Source: the human T2T-CHM13v2.0 reference genome, Homo sapiens. Taken from it: a stretch of DNA of 64,000 nucleotides. Shown here piece by piece: positions 34,563 to 46,419 of this stretch. A program made the position numbers and the translations under genes. The first letter of the stretch is position 1. Each line of letters begins with the position of its first letter. Below the pieces are notes generated by a model. The model was not told the origin of the DNA. It made no database searches and saw nothing but the letters and a program-made list of their open reading frames with translations. The stretch lies in NCBI RefSeq assembly GCF_009914755.1, contig NC_060939.1, one strand, 5' to 3'.

Positions 34563-34902
34563 CAGTTAGTTCTCCATATCCGTGGGTTCTGCATCTGTGG
34601 ATTCCCCCAATTGTGGATCAAAAACATTTGGAAAAAAGGATGGTTATGTCTATACTGAATATAATGGACTATTTTTTTCTTTGCATTACTCCCTAAACAA
34701 TACAGTGTAGTAAATATTTACATAGCATTTGCATTGCATTAGGCATTATAAGTAACCTAGAGATGATTTAAAGTATATAGAAAGACATGATTTGGTTATA
34801 TACAAATACTAATAGTTTTATATAAGAGACTTGAGCGTTGATAGATTTTGGTGTCTGTGAGGGGTTCTGAATCAATCCCCCACAGATACTGAGGGATAAT
34901 TG
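34563..34902 (-). mobile_element. MER2 (TcMar-Tigger) DNA transposon
   Basis: ~340 bp with degenerate TIRs (cagttagttctccatatccgtggg / cccacagatactgagggataattg) and internal ctagagatgatttaaagtata. Confidence 0.88.
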
Positions 34903-37433
34903 TTCATTAAAAAATACATTAATTTATATTTTTGGACATACAATGAATAAAGTTATATTTTGTGACATAAGGATTAGGGATAGAGTGGCAAAGGACAATA
35001 ATTTTTGTATATTATTAAAGTTATTCTGGTATAAATTCAAATTAGAGTGCTATAACTTTAAGATGATAAATGTAATAATTTCCACTGGAACCACAAAGAT
35101 AATAGCTAATGAATATACACAAAAGAAAGTGAGAAAGAAATTTAAATTTTATTGCAAAAAAATCAACTAAACACAAAAGAAGACAGTAAGACTGTAAGAC
35201 AGCAAGAAATCAGGGACCCAAAACCATAAGGCATTTAGAAACCAAATTACAAAATGGCAGAAGTAAGTCCTTCCTTATCGGCAGTTACTTCTTATAAATG
35301 CACCAAACTCTCCAAAATACAGAAATTGGCAGAGTGGGTTAAAAAAAAAAAAAAAAACCACCAGCAACAAAATCATGATCCAACTTCATGCAATCTATAG
35401 GAGACTCACTTTAGATTCAAAGACAAAATAGGTTGAAAGTAAAAAGATGGAAAAGATATGGCATAAAAATAGTAACTAAATGAAAGCAAGGATGTTTATA
35501 CTAATATACAAAATAGGCTTTAAATCAAAAAAGCATAAAAGAGACAGAAATATATATTAAAAGCTTTAATAGAGCAAGATTATATAATAATTATAAACAT
35601 CCATGTATCTAAAAACAGACCATGAAATACATGGAGCAAAAATTCACAAAACTGAAGAGAGAAATAGGGTTATAATAATTGCTGAAAACTTCAGTGCCTC
35701 CACCCATGATAATGGATAGAAAAACCAGACAGAAGATAAGTTAGAAAATACAGTACTTGAACAGAACAATAACCAGCTAGATCTAACAGACATTCAGAAC
35801 ACTCTATCCACCAACAACAAAAATTATTCTCAAATGGATGTTGCCTGTTTTGTAGGATAGATTATATGCTAAGCCACAAATTAAGCCTCAATGGATTTAA
35901 AATAATAAATATTCAACAGAGGACCTTCTTTGGCCATGATGGAATAAAGTTAGAAATCAATAACAGAAGGAAAGCTAGAAAATTCACAAATTTGTGGAAA
36001 TCAAACACCATATACTTAATCAATGTATCAACGAAGAATTTATAAGAGAAATTAGAAAATACTTAAGGTATGGGTGAAAATTGAAATACTACATACCAAC
36101 ACTTACAGGACATAATGAAAGCATGCTGGGGGAAATTTATAGCTATAAATGCTTATATTTAACAAGAAAAAAAAGGATCTCAAATCATCACTCCAATTTT
36201 ACAGCATAAAGAACTAGAAAGAGAACAAACTAAGCCCAAAGCTAGCAAAAGAAAGGAAATAATGAAGATTGGAATAGAGATCAAAGAAATTTAGAATATA
36301 AAAATAATACCAGTCTTTCTCAAACTATTTCAAAAAGTTACAGAGAAACACTTCCCAACTCATTCTATGAAGTCTGATACGAAAGCCAGACAAAGACACT
36401 GTAAGTACAGAAAAGTACAGACCACTATTCTATATGAACATTTATGAAAAATCATCAACCAAATATTTGTAAACTGAATTCTGCAACATATGAAAATGAT
36501 TGTACACCATGGCCAAGTGGGATTTATTTCAGGAATGTAAGAACTGATCAATGTTATACACCACATTAACAAAATAAAGGAAAATAACCACATATGGTCA
36601 TCTCAAATAATGTAGAAAAAGCATTAGACAAAATTTGGTACTCTTTCATGATAGAAATACCCAATAAACTAAAAATAGAAGAAAACAACCTCAACATAAT
36701 AAAAGCCATAAAAATGCACAGAGAACATTACACTTAATGATAAAAGATTGATTTTTTTCCCTCTAAGATCAAGAATAAGGAAACAATGACTATTTCTACC
36801 ATTTCTATTCAACACAATACTGAAAATCCCTGTCAGAGCTATTAGGCAAGAAAAATGAACATCATCCAACATGGAAAGGAAAAGGTAAAATAAACTGTTC
36901 ACAGATATAATCTGATATGTAGAAAGTGCTAAAATTCCACACAAAAACTGTTGGAACTATAAATGATCTCAGCAAAGTAGCAGGATACAAAGTCAACACA
37001 GAAAAAATCAGTTGCATTTCTGTACATTAACAATGAATAACCCCAAATGAATTTTTTTTAAAAAACCCATTTTCAATAGCCATAAACAGAATAAATAATT
37101 AACTGAACCAATGGGATGGAAGACTTGTGCAACGAAAACTATAAAAGATATCTGAAAGAAGTTGAAGAAAATATAAGTAAATAGATCCCAAATTCATGGA
37201 TTGAAAGATTTAATATGCTAAGATGTCAGTACTATACAAATCAATCTACAAGATTAATGCAATTCCTATCTAAACCCCCAAAACTTTTCCTTTCAGATAG
37301 AAAGAAAAACCCATTTTAAAATTCATATGGAATCTTAAGAGACTCCAAATAGCCAAAATAATCCTTAAAAACAAGTACAAAGCTGGAGAATTCACATTTG
37401 CTGATTTTAAAAATTACTACATCGCTTTAATCA

Positions 37434-37762
<329 letters not shown>

Positions 37763-39589
37763 AATAAAACAGTGCAGTATTGGCATAAATGATAGAGTTC
37801 AGAAATAAACCCTAACATTTATGGTCAAATTATTTTCAAGAAGAGTACCAAGATCATTCAATAGAGAAAAGACAGTCTTTTGAAAAAATAGTTCTGATAA
37901 CACTACATATCCACAGGCAAAACAATGAGGTCGGACCCTTAAATCACACTATATACAAAAATTAATTGAAAATGAATTCATGATCTAAACATAAGACCTG
38001 GAACTACATCTTTTGGAAGAAAGTATAGGACAAAAAGTTCACAACATTAGATTTGGGAATGACTTCCTGAATATGGCAACGAAGGCATAAGGAACAACAA
38101 TAACAAATAATAAGTAAATTGGACTTTATGAAAATTTTATAATTTTAGGTACCAAAGACACTGCCAAAAGTGTAAAAAGACAACTCACAGAATGGAAAAA
38201 AAGTTGCAAATCATATATCTAGTATGGTATTAATATTCAGAATACATAGAGAATTCCTAAAACTTGACAATAAAGTACAACTCAATTTGAAAATGGGCAA
38301 AAGAACTTAATAGATATTTCTCTAAAGAAGGTACACAAATAGGCAATAAACATATGAAAATAGGCTCAATATCATTAATAATTGGGGAAATCCAAGTCAA
38401 AACTACAATGAGATACTATCTCACAACCATTACAATGATTACTATAGAATAAAACAAAAAATTTAAAAAATGGTGAGGATATGGAGAAATTGGAACCATA
38501 GTGCACTGTTGATGGTCATGTAAAATGATACAGATGCCTTGCAAAACAGTATAGCAGCCCCTCAAGAAAGTAAAACTAAAATAATCATATAATACATCAA
38601 GTTACTTCTGGGTCTTGAAAAGATATCTGTAGACCCATGATAATAACAGCATTATTCACTATAGCTAAAACGGAAGAAATCCAAGTATCCATTGACTTAT
38701 GAATGAATAAGCAAAAAGTTTTATGTACATAAAATGGAATATTATTCAGCCTTAAAAAAGGAATTGTGACACTTGCTACAACATAGATGGTCTTTGAGGA
38801 CATAATGCTAAGTAAAATAAGCCAGATACAAAAAGACAAACACTATTATTCCACTTATATGAGCTACCTAGTGTGGTTACACTCATAGAGACAGAAAGTA
38901 GATTAATGGTGTTAGGGGCTGGGAAATGGGAGAAAGGAGGAGTTACTGTTTAATTGGTACAGTTTCAGTGTTGCAAGATTAAAGGAGTTCTTAATACGGA
39001 TGGTGGTGATGGTTGCACATCACTTTGAATGTACTGAGTGCCAATGAGCTGTACACTTAAAAATGGTTACGATAAATATTTTGTGTTATGTGTATTTTAC
39101 TCTAATAAAAAATGGAAAAAAGTGATACATGAGGAATAGATTACAGAAGTCTCTATCTCTATTATAACATTTATTGTTGCAATAGTAAATCCTGTCCCAG
39201 AAAAACGTACTAATTCATCTATTTATGAGTTTGCTCCTCAAGTAGTCCTTGAACTCAAAAGACACGCACGGTGTTCACTCTTTCTTGGCATCCAAAATAT
39301 CCACCATGGGGTTGACATTCAGAAGGTATTCAATGACTATTTTTTGAAACTGTTGACTATATGCTTATATTCCACTGGAGCTAGAGAGGTAGGACACCAT
39401 CTTCACTAACATAAAGCCTACTTGTATTTGGTCTAAATTAAGAATCATTTATTTAAAGAATGAGGTATTAATTGCAAGTCATTCATTATTAGTGTCTGTG
39501 ACTGATACCAAGTAGAAGACAAACAGCAGGAATTGATAAGTGTGTGTAGCAGGGGTGGATGTGTTGTCTCTAGATTTAAGTTTTAAAAC

Positions 39590-39830
39590 AATGAAGGAGA
39601 AAGAGTAGAAAAAGAAGGATAAGGAGAAGAAGAAAGAGGAGGAAGAAAGAAGAAAGAGGAGGAGAAAAGAAGGAAAACAAAGAGGAGAGGGAGGAAGAAT
39701 AAGAAGTAAGGTAGGGAGGGGAAAAGAAAGAAGGAAGGGATGGAGAAAAGAAAGAGAGGGGAAAAGAGAGGGAGAGAAGGCACGAGGAAATGAAGGAGTG
39801 GGAGAGATGGAGAAAGTTAGAAAGAACACG
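39590..39830. repeat. GA-rich polypurine low-complexity tract
   Basis: ~240 nt almost entirely A/G. Confidence 0.9.
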
Positions 39831-40789
39831 AACACAAAAGGCTTTCTCAGCTGGAGAAACTAGAAAAGATTAGTATCAGGCATGTCTTCTGCACTGTAAG
39901 AACGCTTAGGCAATAGAATATGCCTGAGGGTCTGGTTTAGGAATGTAAGCATCAAGCCTATTTGTGCAGTTCTCAGGAAACCACACACCCAATTCCTAGT
40001 AGAGTTGAGTCATGGCTTTATCCTTCTGTCTATTCAGAAATAGATACTTTCAGTTTGTAGTATAGGATTACCTTCTTCAACCACAGTATTAAAAGCCAAA
40101 GTCATGGATGCTCCAAAGAGCCCTTAAGCATCCCTTTCTTAACTTTGTTTCCTTCCAAAGGAAGACTGTAAGAATGTGTCTGTGTGTCAGAATTTTGCTC
40201 ACTTACTGCCCATTTATCAGAGAAATTGCAAGCACATTTGGTGGAAGGATGGAGAGAACATCCTTGGTGGTGGGATTATGCATGATCTCATACCCACCTA
40301 AATTACTTTTCTGAAGATCACAGATTATTGCAGATAGGGGAGAAAATAAATAAGCAATTGGTGTTATGGAAGGATGGAACCCATAAACCTCCAGTACTTT
40401 GTAATTCTGAGAAAAGTTGAGAGATTATTAAGTAGTAACAAATAGGTAAAAGATTACTGAATTTTTAGTGATTACCCTAATGAGCACTTCTTCCTTGCTC
40501 TCTTATATGATAATATGCAAAGAAATGTGTGACTAATTCTTGAATTAAAAGCATTATTTAATATGGTTTCAAGATCCCTGAAATCAGTAAAATGACCGTA
40601 GGTTCCTTTGAAAAAAAGTAAAAAGGCATCATTGCATTATTAATATTGAGCAAAATAGAAAACTTCTCATAAGCATTTGTGGTTGAGGAAGTGAGCAAAT
40701 CTTGTTTCAGTCAAGAAAGTTTATATAATCCTAAGCAGTCTAATCTAATAAACATTGCATTAAGAATTTGAATTTTATTATCAAGGCCA

Positions 40790-41665
40790 ACAGTCTTCAT
40801 ATAGGGTGCAAAGCAACCCACTGAGATGCAGAAAGAAATTATTAGACTTTCTGTTTATGCTAAGCTAAAATGTAAAGAAAATAAGCTTTAATTATATCAC
40901 TATATAAATTGTCACCAGACTCATTTTTTGGGTCATATGGAAAATGGTCCTAAGTGTCATCTGGCATGCAGGTGTTCCGAGTGAAGGCTATGAGGGCCCA
41001 AAGCAAGGGTTGAGCACTCTACTCTTTCTTGTTTGCACATTTTCAGCACATTACAACATGCTGCAGTTTCTGTGGACCAGGTTGAGTGGATTTGTGTATT
41101 AAATTATCTAGTTTTAATTAAACTATCATAAAGTGGACAAGTGGTTTAAAAAGATTTTTTTCTAAGAGCTGCAGGCTGAAGATAATACTAAAAATGCAAA
41201 TACAAGTGAGCAACTCAAAAATGGCAAAGCTGACACTCTTTCTTCACCTTGTAGTAGCTTTTCATCAGCCACATGATGAAGAAAAACATAACGACAATGT
41301 AATCAGTTTTGACAAGGCATCAGCTAAAATGCTCGACATCATCAAGAAGGTCCTCTAAAATGTCTACATTTATTATTAAGAATGAACTTTGTTCTAAGTG
41401 TGTATTTTGTTATAAGCTATCGGCTAATAACAGTATAGATTCATTATGATTAGTAAGACATACTAAAATACTATTTTCATACTATTCCCATGCTTTTATA
41501 TGACACATTATGCAATATACCAATATGCTAATTATAGTTTAAGATTGTGACTCATGGGCATGCTTCATAGATATTCATATAAAATATAAATGTAACATTT
41601 GAGGGATTCATATCCAATAATGTTTAGTGATGGAATGCTTGAAAACAAAATTGGAAACTAATGTT
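40790..41665 (+). mobile_element. hAT-Charlie DNA transposon relic (Charlie4-like), internally deleted
   Basis: atagggtgcaaagcaacccactgagatgcagaaagaaattattaga 5' region; decayed transposase start gtggacaagtggtttaaaaag (xDKWFKK); BED-finger-like remnant at ~41330-41460. Confidence 0.55.
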
Positions 41666-42159
41666 TAAAAAGAGTTTTCAAATAGAATAATCACCTGAAA
41701 TCTAGTTTTAGAAAGGCTAACAGATTATGTTATAGAAGGTAGATTTGAGGAAAGAATCCAGAGTTACCATCTAGTATGATATTTTGATGTTGAAGACAAG
41801 AGTCAAATAGATCTCAGAAAAACCAGGTAGTCTTTAGTTTCTGCAGAGCAAAATAGTCCTGAGTAGACATATTTTTCCACAGGGAATATTTTTTAAAGAA
41901 ATATTATAACTCAGAGGAAAAACCATAACAACAAGGTAAAGAAAACAAGAACAAGGGGAGGAAAAAAGCCTGCTACCAGGAAGATAGGCCACCTCTCCTT
42001 TGGCTGTTCAGAGCTAAAAGCTAGGAGGGAAAAAATAAAATTTGTCTCTTCCCTAGTAAAATAATTAAATCAGTATGACAAATATTTTATTTTCTCCTTT
42101 CTTCAAAGGATCCTGTAATTTAAATTGGAAAGGATGTACAAGGCCAGCCCTTTGTTTTT

Positions 42160-42292
42160 CTAAAAATACACTGAGCGAAGAAATCACCTGAGAATCTAGT
42201 GAAAATGCAGATTCTGATTCAGCAAATCAAACAGTCTCCTAGGTGAAGTTGTTGCTTGTGGTTGGCTGGTTCCAATTAGAGTAGCAAGTCTT
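42160..42292. mobile_element. MER5-type hAT MITE fragment
   Basis: aatcacctgagaatctagtgaaaatgcagattctgattcag. Confidence 0.55.
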
Positions 42293-43439
42293 CAGAGCAG
42301 GAATCTCAGAACTTACGTGAACTTCAATTACGCTTAATGAAAAATGTGAGAGAATACACCTCTGATATATGTAAGTTTATTAAGGTATAAAGTGATATAT
42401 TTGCTGTCACTTGCTACCAATATTATGGATGTTACAAAATTTAACAAAAAATTAAAAAATTGTAAATAATTCCATTAAAAATAAATATGAATAGAAGTTC
42501 TATCTACTTCATAGACTCCCATACAGAAGATCATATTTTGTAACCTGGGAGCATGTACTCCATTCTGGAGGCGACATGGCTAGAGGACGAATATTCGTTC
42601 TTGATTCTTTTGTCTGAAATTTGGGTGTTCACTCCACGTGAAAAATAGTACCTTAAGGTTTGGTTACATAAACCAGTGTTAAAGCTTTGAAAAGGGGCAT
42701 TAATTGAGTCTAGTGTATATTTCTGATATGTAATTTCTGTACATTTAATGATTGTTGAAATAGCATGATTATTTGTCACTAATTATTAATCCTTGAAAAA
42801 CAGGTATAAGTAAAAAATAAATAGCAATTTTTCAAGTAAATGCAGGTAACCTAGAAGAAATCAAGTGCTTTTCTAGTTAAGCTGAATTGAAGTAATACAA
42901 TTTTCTACATACTCAAACACTTGTATATTCTTTTGGCTATCTTTCACTTACATGCTGGACGATTAGTTTGTCTGCATGATAAACAATAGCTGTAAACCAT
43001 GTGCAAGGTATCCATTAAAGATTTATTCACCTTCCCAACCTTCCAAAATGGCTCATAAGAGAAGTGGAGAAAATAAGCCTCTTTTGTGGGATAATTAGAA
43101 AACTATATTGTTTTCTATAAAGTTTTCTTGATAAGTATTTCTCTGCTAACAATTTACCAAATTTACTGAATTAGTACAAAATCTAAGCTAGTTCTCAAAA
43201 TCTAGTGTGCATAAGAACTTCCTGTGGAATTTGTTTAAAATACAGACTCTCAGGTCTTATGGAGAGCCTTTTTCATTAATATGAATAAAGTTAAAAGAAA
43301 ATTAGCTTAAAAACAGACTCATAAATGTATAAAAATATATGTATATAATAGAAAAACATTTTTAATAGGGAAATGATAGCGTATTCAATAAATGGTATTA
43401 GAAAAAAAATGGTTTTCCATGTGTAAAAATTAAAAGGGG

Positions 43440-43921
43440 TTACTTTGGTCCAGCAGGAAATAAATGGCACATGCATATTAGAATACTTTGAAGAAGGTTT
43501 AATAAAAGGGCTGTTTATAGAGGTGAAGGCAGGGTATATACTACACTCAAACCACAAAGGTTGTCATATACCAGGACTAGAAACAGTAGAACTTTTACTA
43601 CTCATGGACTGAAGGAAGACAAGGGTGAGCAAGGTTACCAGAATTGAAAGTAGAGCTGTTGTGTAGGGAGGGTGACTGACATTCACTCTCCCTTTTAACC
43701 AAGAGATACAACTAGCCACAGGCAACACTTCAAGAAGATACCCCAATATTACTTCCCTCTCTCCTTCCAATTTCCTTCAGTTCCTTACTGTCTGAAGCAA
43801 ACCAGAAGACAGATATCACGTACTATCTTTGTTGAACACCATAAAGATGAATATTTCTGGTCAGAGAGTAGGGTGCAGAAAGGAGAACTGGTAGAGAGGG
43901 GCAAATATAAGATATCCAACA
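43440..43921 (-). mobile_element. ERVL solo LTR (LTR41/LTR33-like)
   Basis: ggtccagcaggaaataaatggcac...gtttaataaaagggctgtttatagaggtg...ggggcaaatataagatatccaaca. Confidence 0.6.
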
Positions 43922-44205
43922 AAGTTTGCTAATGCATAAAATACATAAAATCCATTCCAGGTGCACTAAATTCTTAATTGTAATATTTCTAAAATGTAAT
44001 TCTTATTGGTATATACTTATATAAATTAGTATACCTATTTTTAAGAGAATTTTGTTGCTGCCATTCAGGGACAAATTTCTCACCACAGGTTAAAATAAAA
44101 TCACTGTTCTGTAGCTCAAGTTCTTACCAAGATGTTAAACTAGCAAAAGTTCTAGCTCTCTCCCTCCAAAAACAACCCCAAAGAAAGTATAGGAGAACAA
44201 TAAGA

Positions 44206-44927
44206 TGAAATGGGAGAGTTCTCTGATCACCCTCACAGGACATTTGACAGCAGTGTGGCTCGTCTGTGTGGTTGCCACCGCTGCTCAAACCCCTTATGGG
44301 AGGGTAAGCACTCAGATGGACGGGCGCAGGAGCCCTAGTGGGCATGTGTTACAGTGTGCTCTTTTAGGCTTGTTGTCCATGGATTAAGTGTTAAGCTGGT
44401 TAGCACTTAACACTACAAGGGCAGAGGGCCAGTATAACAGCTTTTTGCATCCTGAGCTCTTGTGCAGCATCCCAGAAGAATTGGGTCACACACGGACTTG
44501 AAGGATGGTGAATGCATGGTTTTATTGGGTAGTGGAGGTGGCTCTCAGTGGGATGGATGGGGAGCTGGACAGGGGATGGAGTGGGAAGATGATCTTCCCC
44601 TGGAGTTTGGCCATCCAGCGGCCAATTCTCCAACTGTCCCCAAAGTCCTCCTGACATTCCTTCTCTCCTTCTCTGCTGCACTCCTCTGCCATTTGCCTGC
44701 TCATCTCCTGTTTGTTGCCTAGTTGGCTTCTGGAGTCTGGGGTTTGGAGTTTGGAGTTTATATGGGTACAGGATAGGAGACATGGCAGGCCAAAAGGCAA
44801 CTTTTGGGCACAAAAACAGGAATGCTTGTCCTCATTTAGGGCAGCAGGTATCCAAGCTTGAGGGTGGGGCCTTTGCCAGGGAACTGCCCACTTCTACCCA
44901 GTATTTCCCTCTCTCCTGTCTGTATCA
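44206..44927 (-). mobile_element. MER50 ERV1 solo LTR
   Basis: TG...CA termini; ctacccagtatttccctctctcctgtctgtatca terminus; 4-bp flanks aaga/aaaa. Confidence 0.88.
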
Positions 44928-45045
44928 AAAATACATCAAAAACCCCTAGGGTGCACAATTGTTTGTGTTGTGTAGTGGTTTTATTGGAGGATAAAGAACA
45001 AGACTTTTCTTGATTATCTTCAATCTTTGCTTTGTGATCAACTAA

Positions 45046-45229
45046 TAGTTCTCAAAGTTTGGCCCCAGGCCAGTGGAATCCACATCACCTGGGAACTTGT
45101 GAGGAAACAAATTATTGGGTCCTATCCCAGATAAACTGAGCCAGAAACTGAAATAGGATAGAGCCCATAAATCTGTTTTAACAAGTTCTCCAGAAGATTC
45201 CAATACCCACTAATGCTTGAGAACCACTG
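45046..45229. mobile_element. MER5A hAT MITE
   Basis: gttctcaaagt...catcacctgggaacttgt...ttgagaaccactg. Confidence 0.8.
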
Positions 45230-45254
45230 GGATAAACAATGCCTGTATTTACAC

Positions 45255-45399
45255 TAGCGTTTTCAGATTTAGCAAATCAAAATACAGTATAGCCAATTAA
45301 ATTTGAATTTCAGATAACCAACAAAGTTTTCTTTAGTGTTAAGTGTGCTACTGAAATTCAAATTTAACTGGATGCCCTGCATTTTATTGGGCAACCCTA
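45255..45399. mobile_element. MER53 palindromic hAT MITE, centre deleted
   Basis: aattaaatttgaatttcag ... ctgaaattcaaatttaact inverted arms; end ggcaacccta; 8-bp flanks atttacac/atctatac. Confidence 0.85.
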
Positions 45400-45509
45400 A
45401 TCTATACCTGTAATTAGTCAAAACTCTGGTCCAGGTGTCTTCCAGAGTAAACTCAGGACAGCTCAGAAGCACAGTGGTTGTGCTGGGAAAACAGGTTGAG
45501 ACTAATTAA

Positions 45510-45688
45510 GTACTACAGTACTGACAGCTGTCAATCATCAGTATCATCTGAGAGCTTGTAAAAAACGCAAATTCTCAGCCCCACCTCTGCATCACTAAAT
45601 CAGAAACTCCGGGGATGTGGCCCAGGACTCTATGGTTTACCAAGACCTCCAGGTGACTCTTATGCACCCTGAAGTTTGAGAAGCACTG
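45510..45688. mobile_element. MER5A/B hAT MITE
   Basis: gcaaattctcagccccacc...aatcagaaactc...ctccaggtgactcttatgca...gtttgagaagcactg. Confidence 0.8.
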
Positions 45689-45819
45689 AACTAGCTAATC
45701 TCAGGCAATGAATCTGACCTCTTTCTCTTTTAAATACACAAGACTAAGCAGAGTCTCCTCCTAAGGCTGCTTCTTTCAGGAAAGCATAGAGTGAAGCTTT
45801 GACCGGAGGGATTATTTTA

Positions 45820-46417
45820 TTGACATACCAGCATTCCTGTGGAATTGTGTTCATTAGAAGTGAGTAACTAAGAGCAGCCCACAGTCAAGGGGAAACAAAT
45901 TAAGCTTCATCTCATGAAGAAAGAACACTAAGAATTTGAAGATACTGTTAAAAGAAAAACTTCAGCTGAATTAAATTTAAAGGAGTTTAATTGAGCAATG
46001 AACGATTCACTCATCTGGCAGCCCCCAGAATCACAGCAGATTCAGAGAGACTCCAGGGATGCCTCGTGGTCAGAACACATTTATGGACAAAAAAATGTAA
46101 ATGACATACAGAAATCAGAAGTGAGGTGCAGAAACAACTGAATTGATTACAACTGAATTGGTTACAGGCAAATAAGGTGTTTGCCTTATTTGAAAACAGT
46201 TTGAACACTCAGCAGTGTAGGAGTGGTTGAAGTACGGCTTCTGGGATTGGCCAAGACTCAGCTATGGTTACAGGTGCATACTCCTAAGTTAGGTTTTCAA
46301 TCCTGTCTCCCTATTAAGTTAGGTTGCAGTTCATCCACAAGGACTCACATATAGAATGAAGTCTTTCTTAGGCCATACTTAGTCTGATTTAACAATACAT
46401 ATTTTTAAATCACCACA
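45820..46417 (-). mobile_element. MLT1 LTR fragment split by MER57
   Basis: cattagaagtgagtaactaagagcagcccacagtcaagggg...agaatttg [MER57] atatttttaaatcaccaca. Confidence 0.6.
45946..46394 (-). mobile_element. MER57-family ERV1 solo LTR
   Basis: tgttaaaagaaaaac...tttaaca termini; perfect 4-bp TSD atac; internal 15-bp tandem duplication at ~46135. Confidence 0.88.
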
Positions 46418-46419
46418 GA

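Noticed and set aside
39479-39835. Hydrophobic F/L/S/P-rich ORFs
   Set aside because: Translation of the GA-rich low-complexity tract.
44400-44813. 137-aa ORF
   Set aside because: Lies wholly inside the MER50 LTR.
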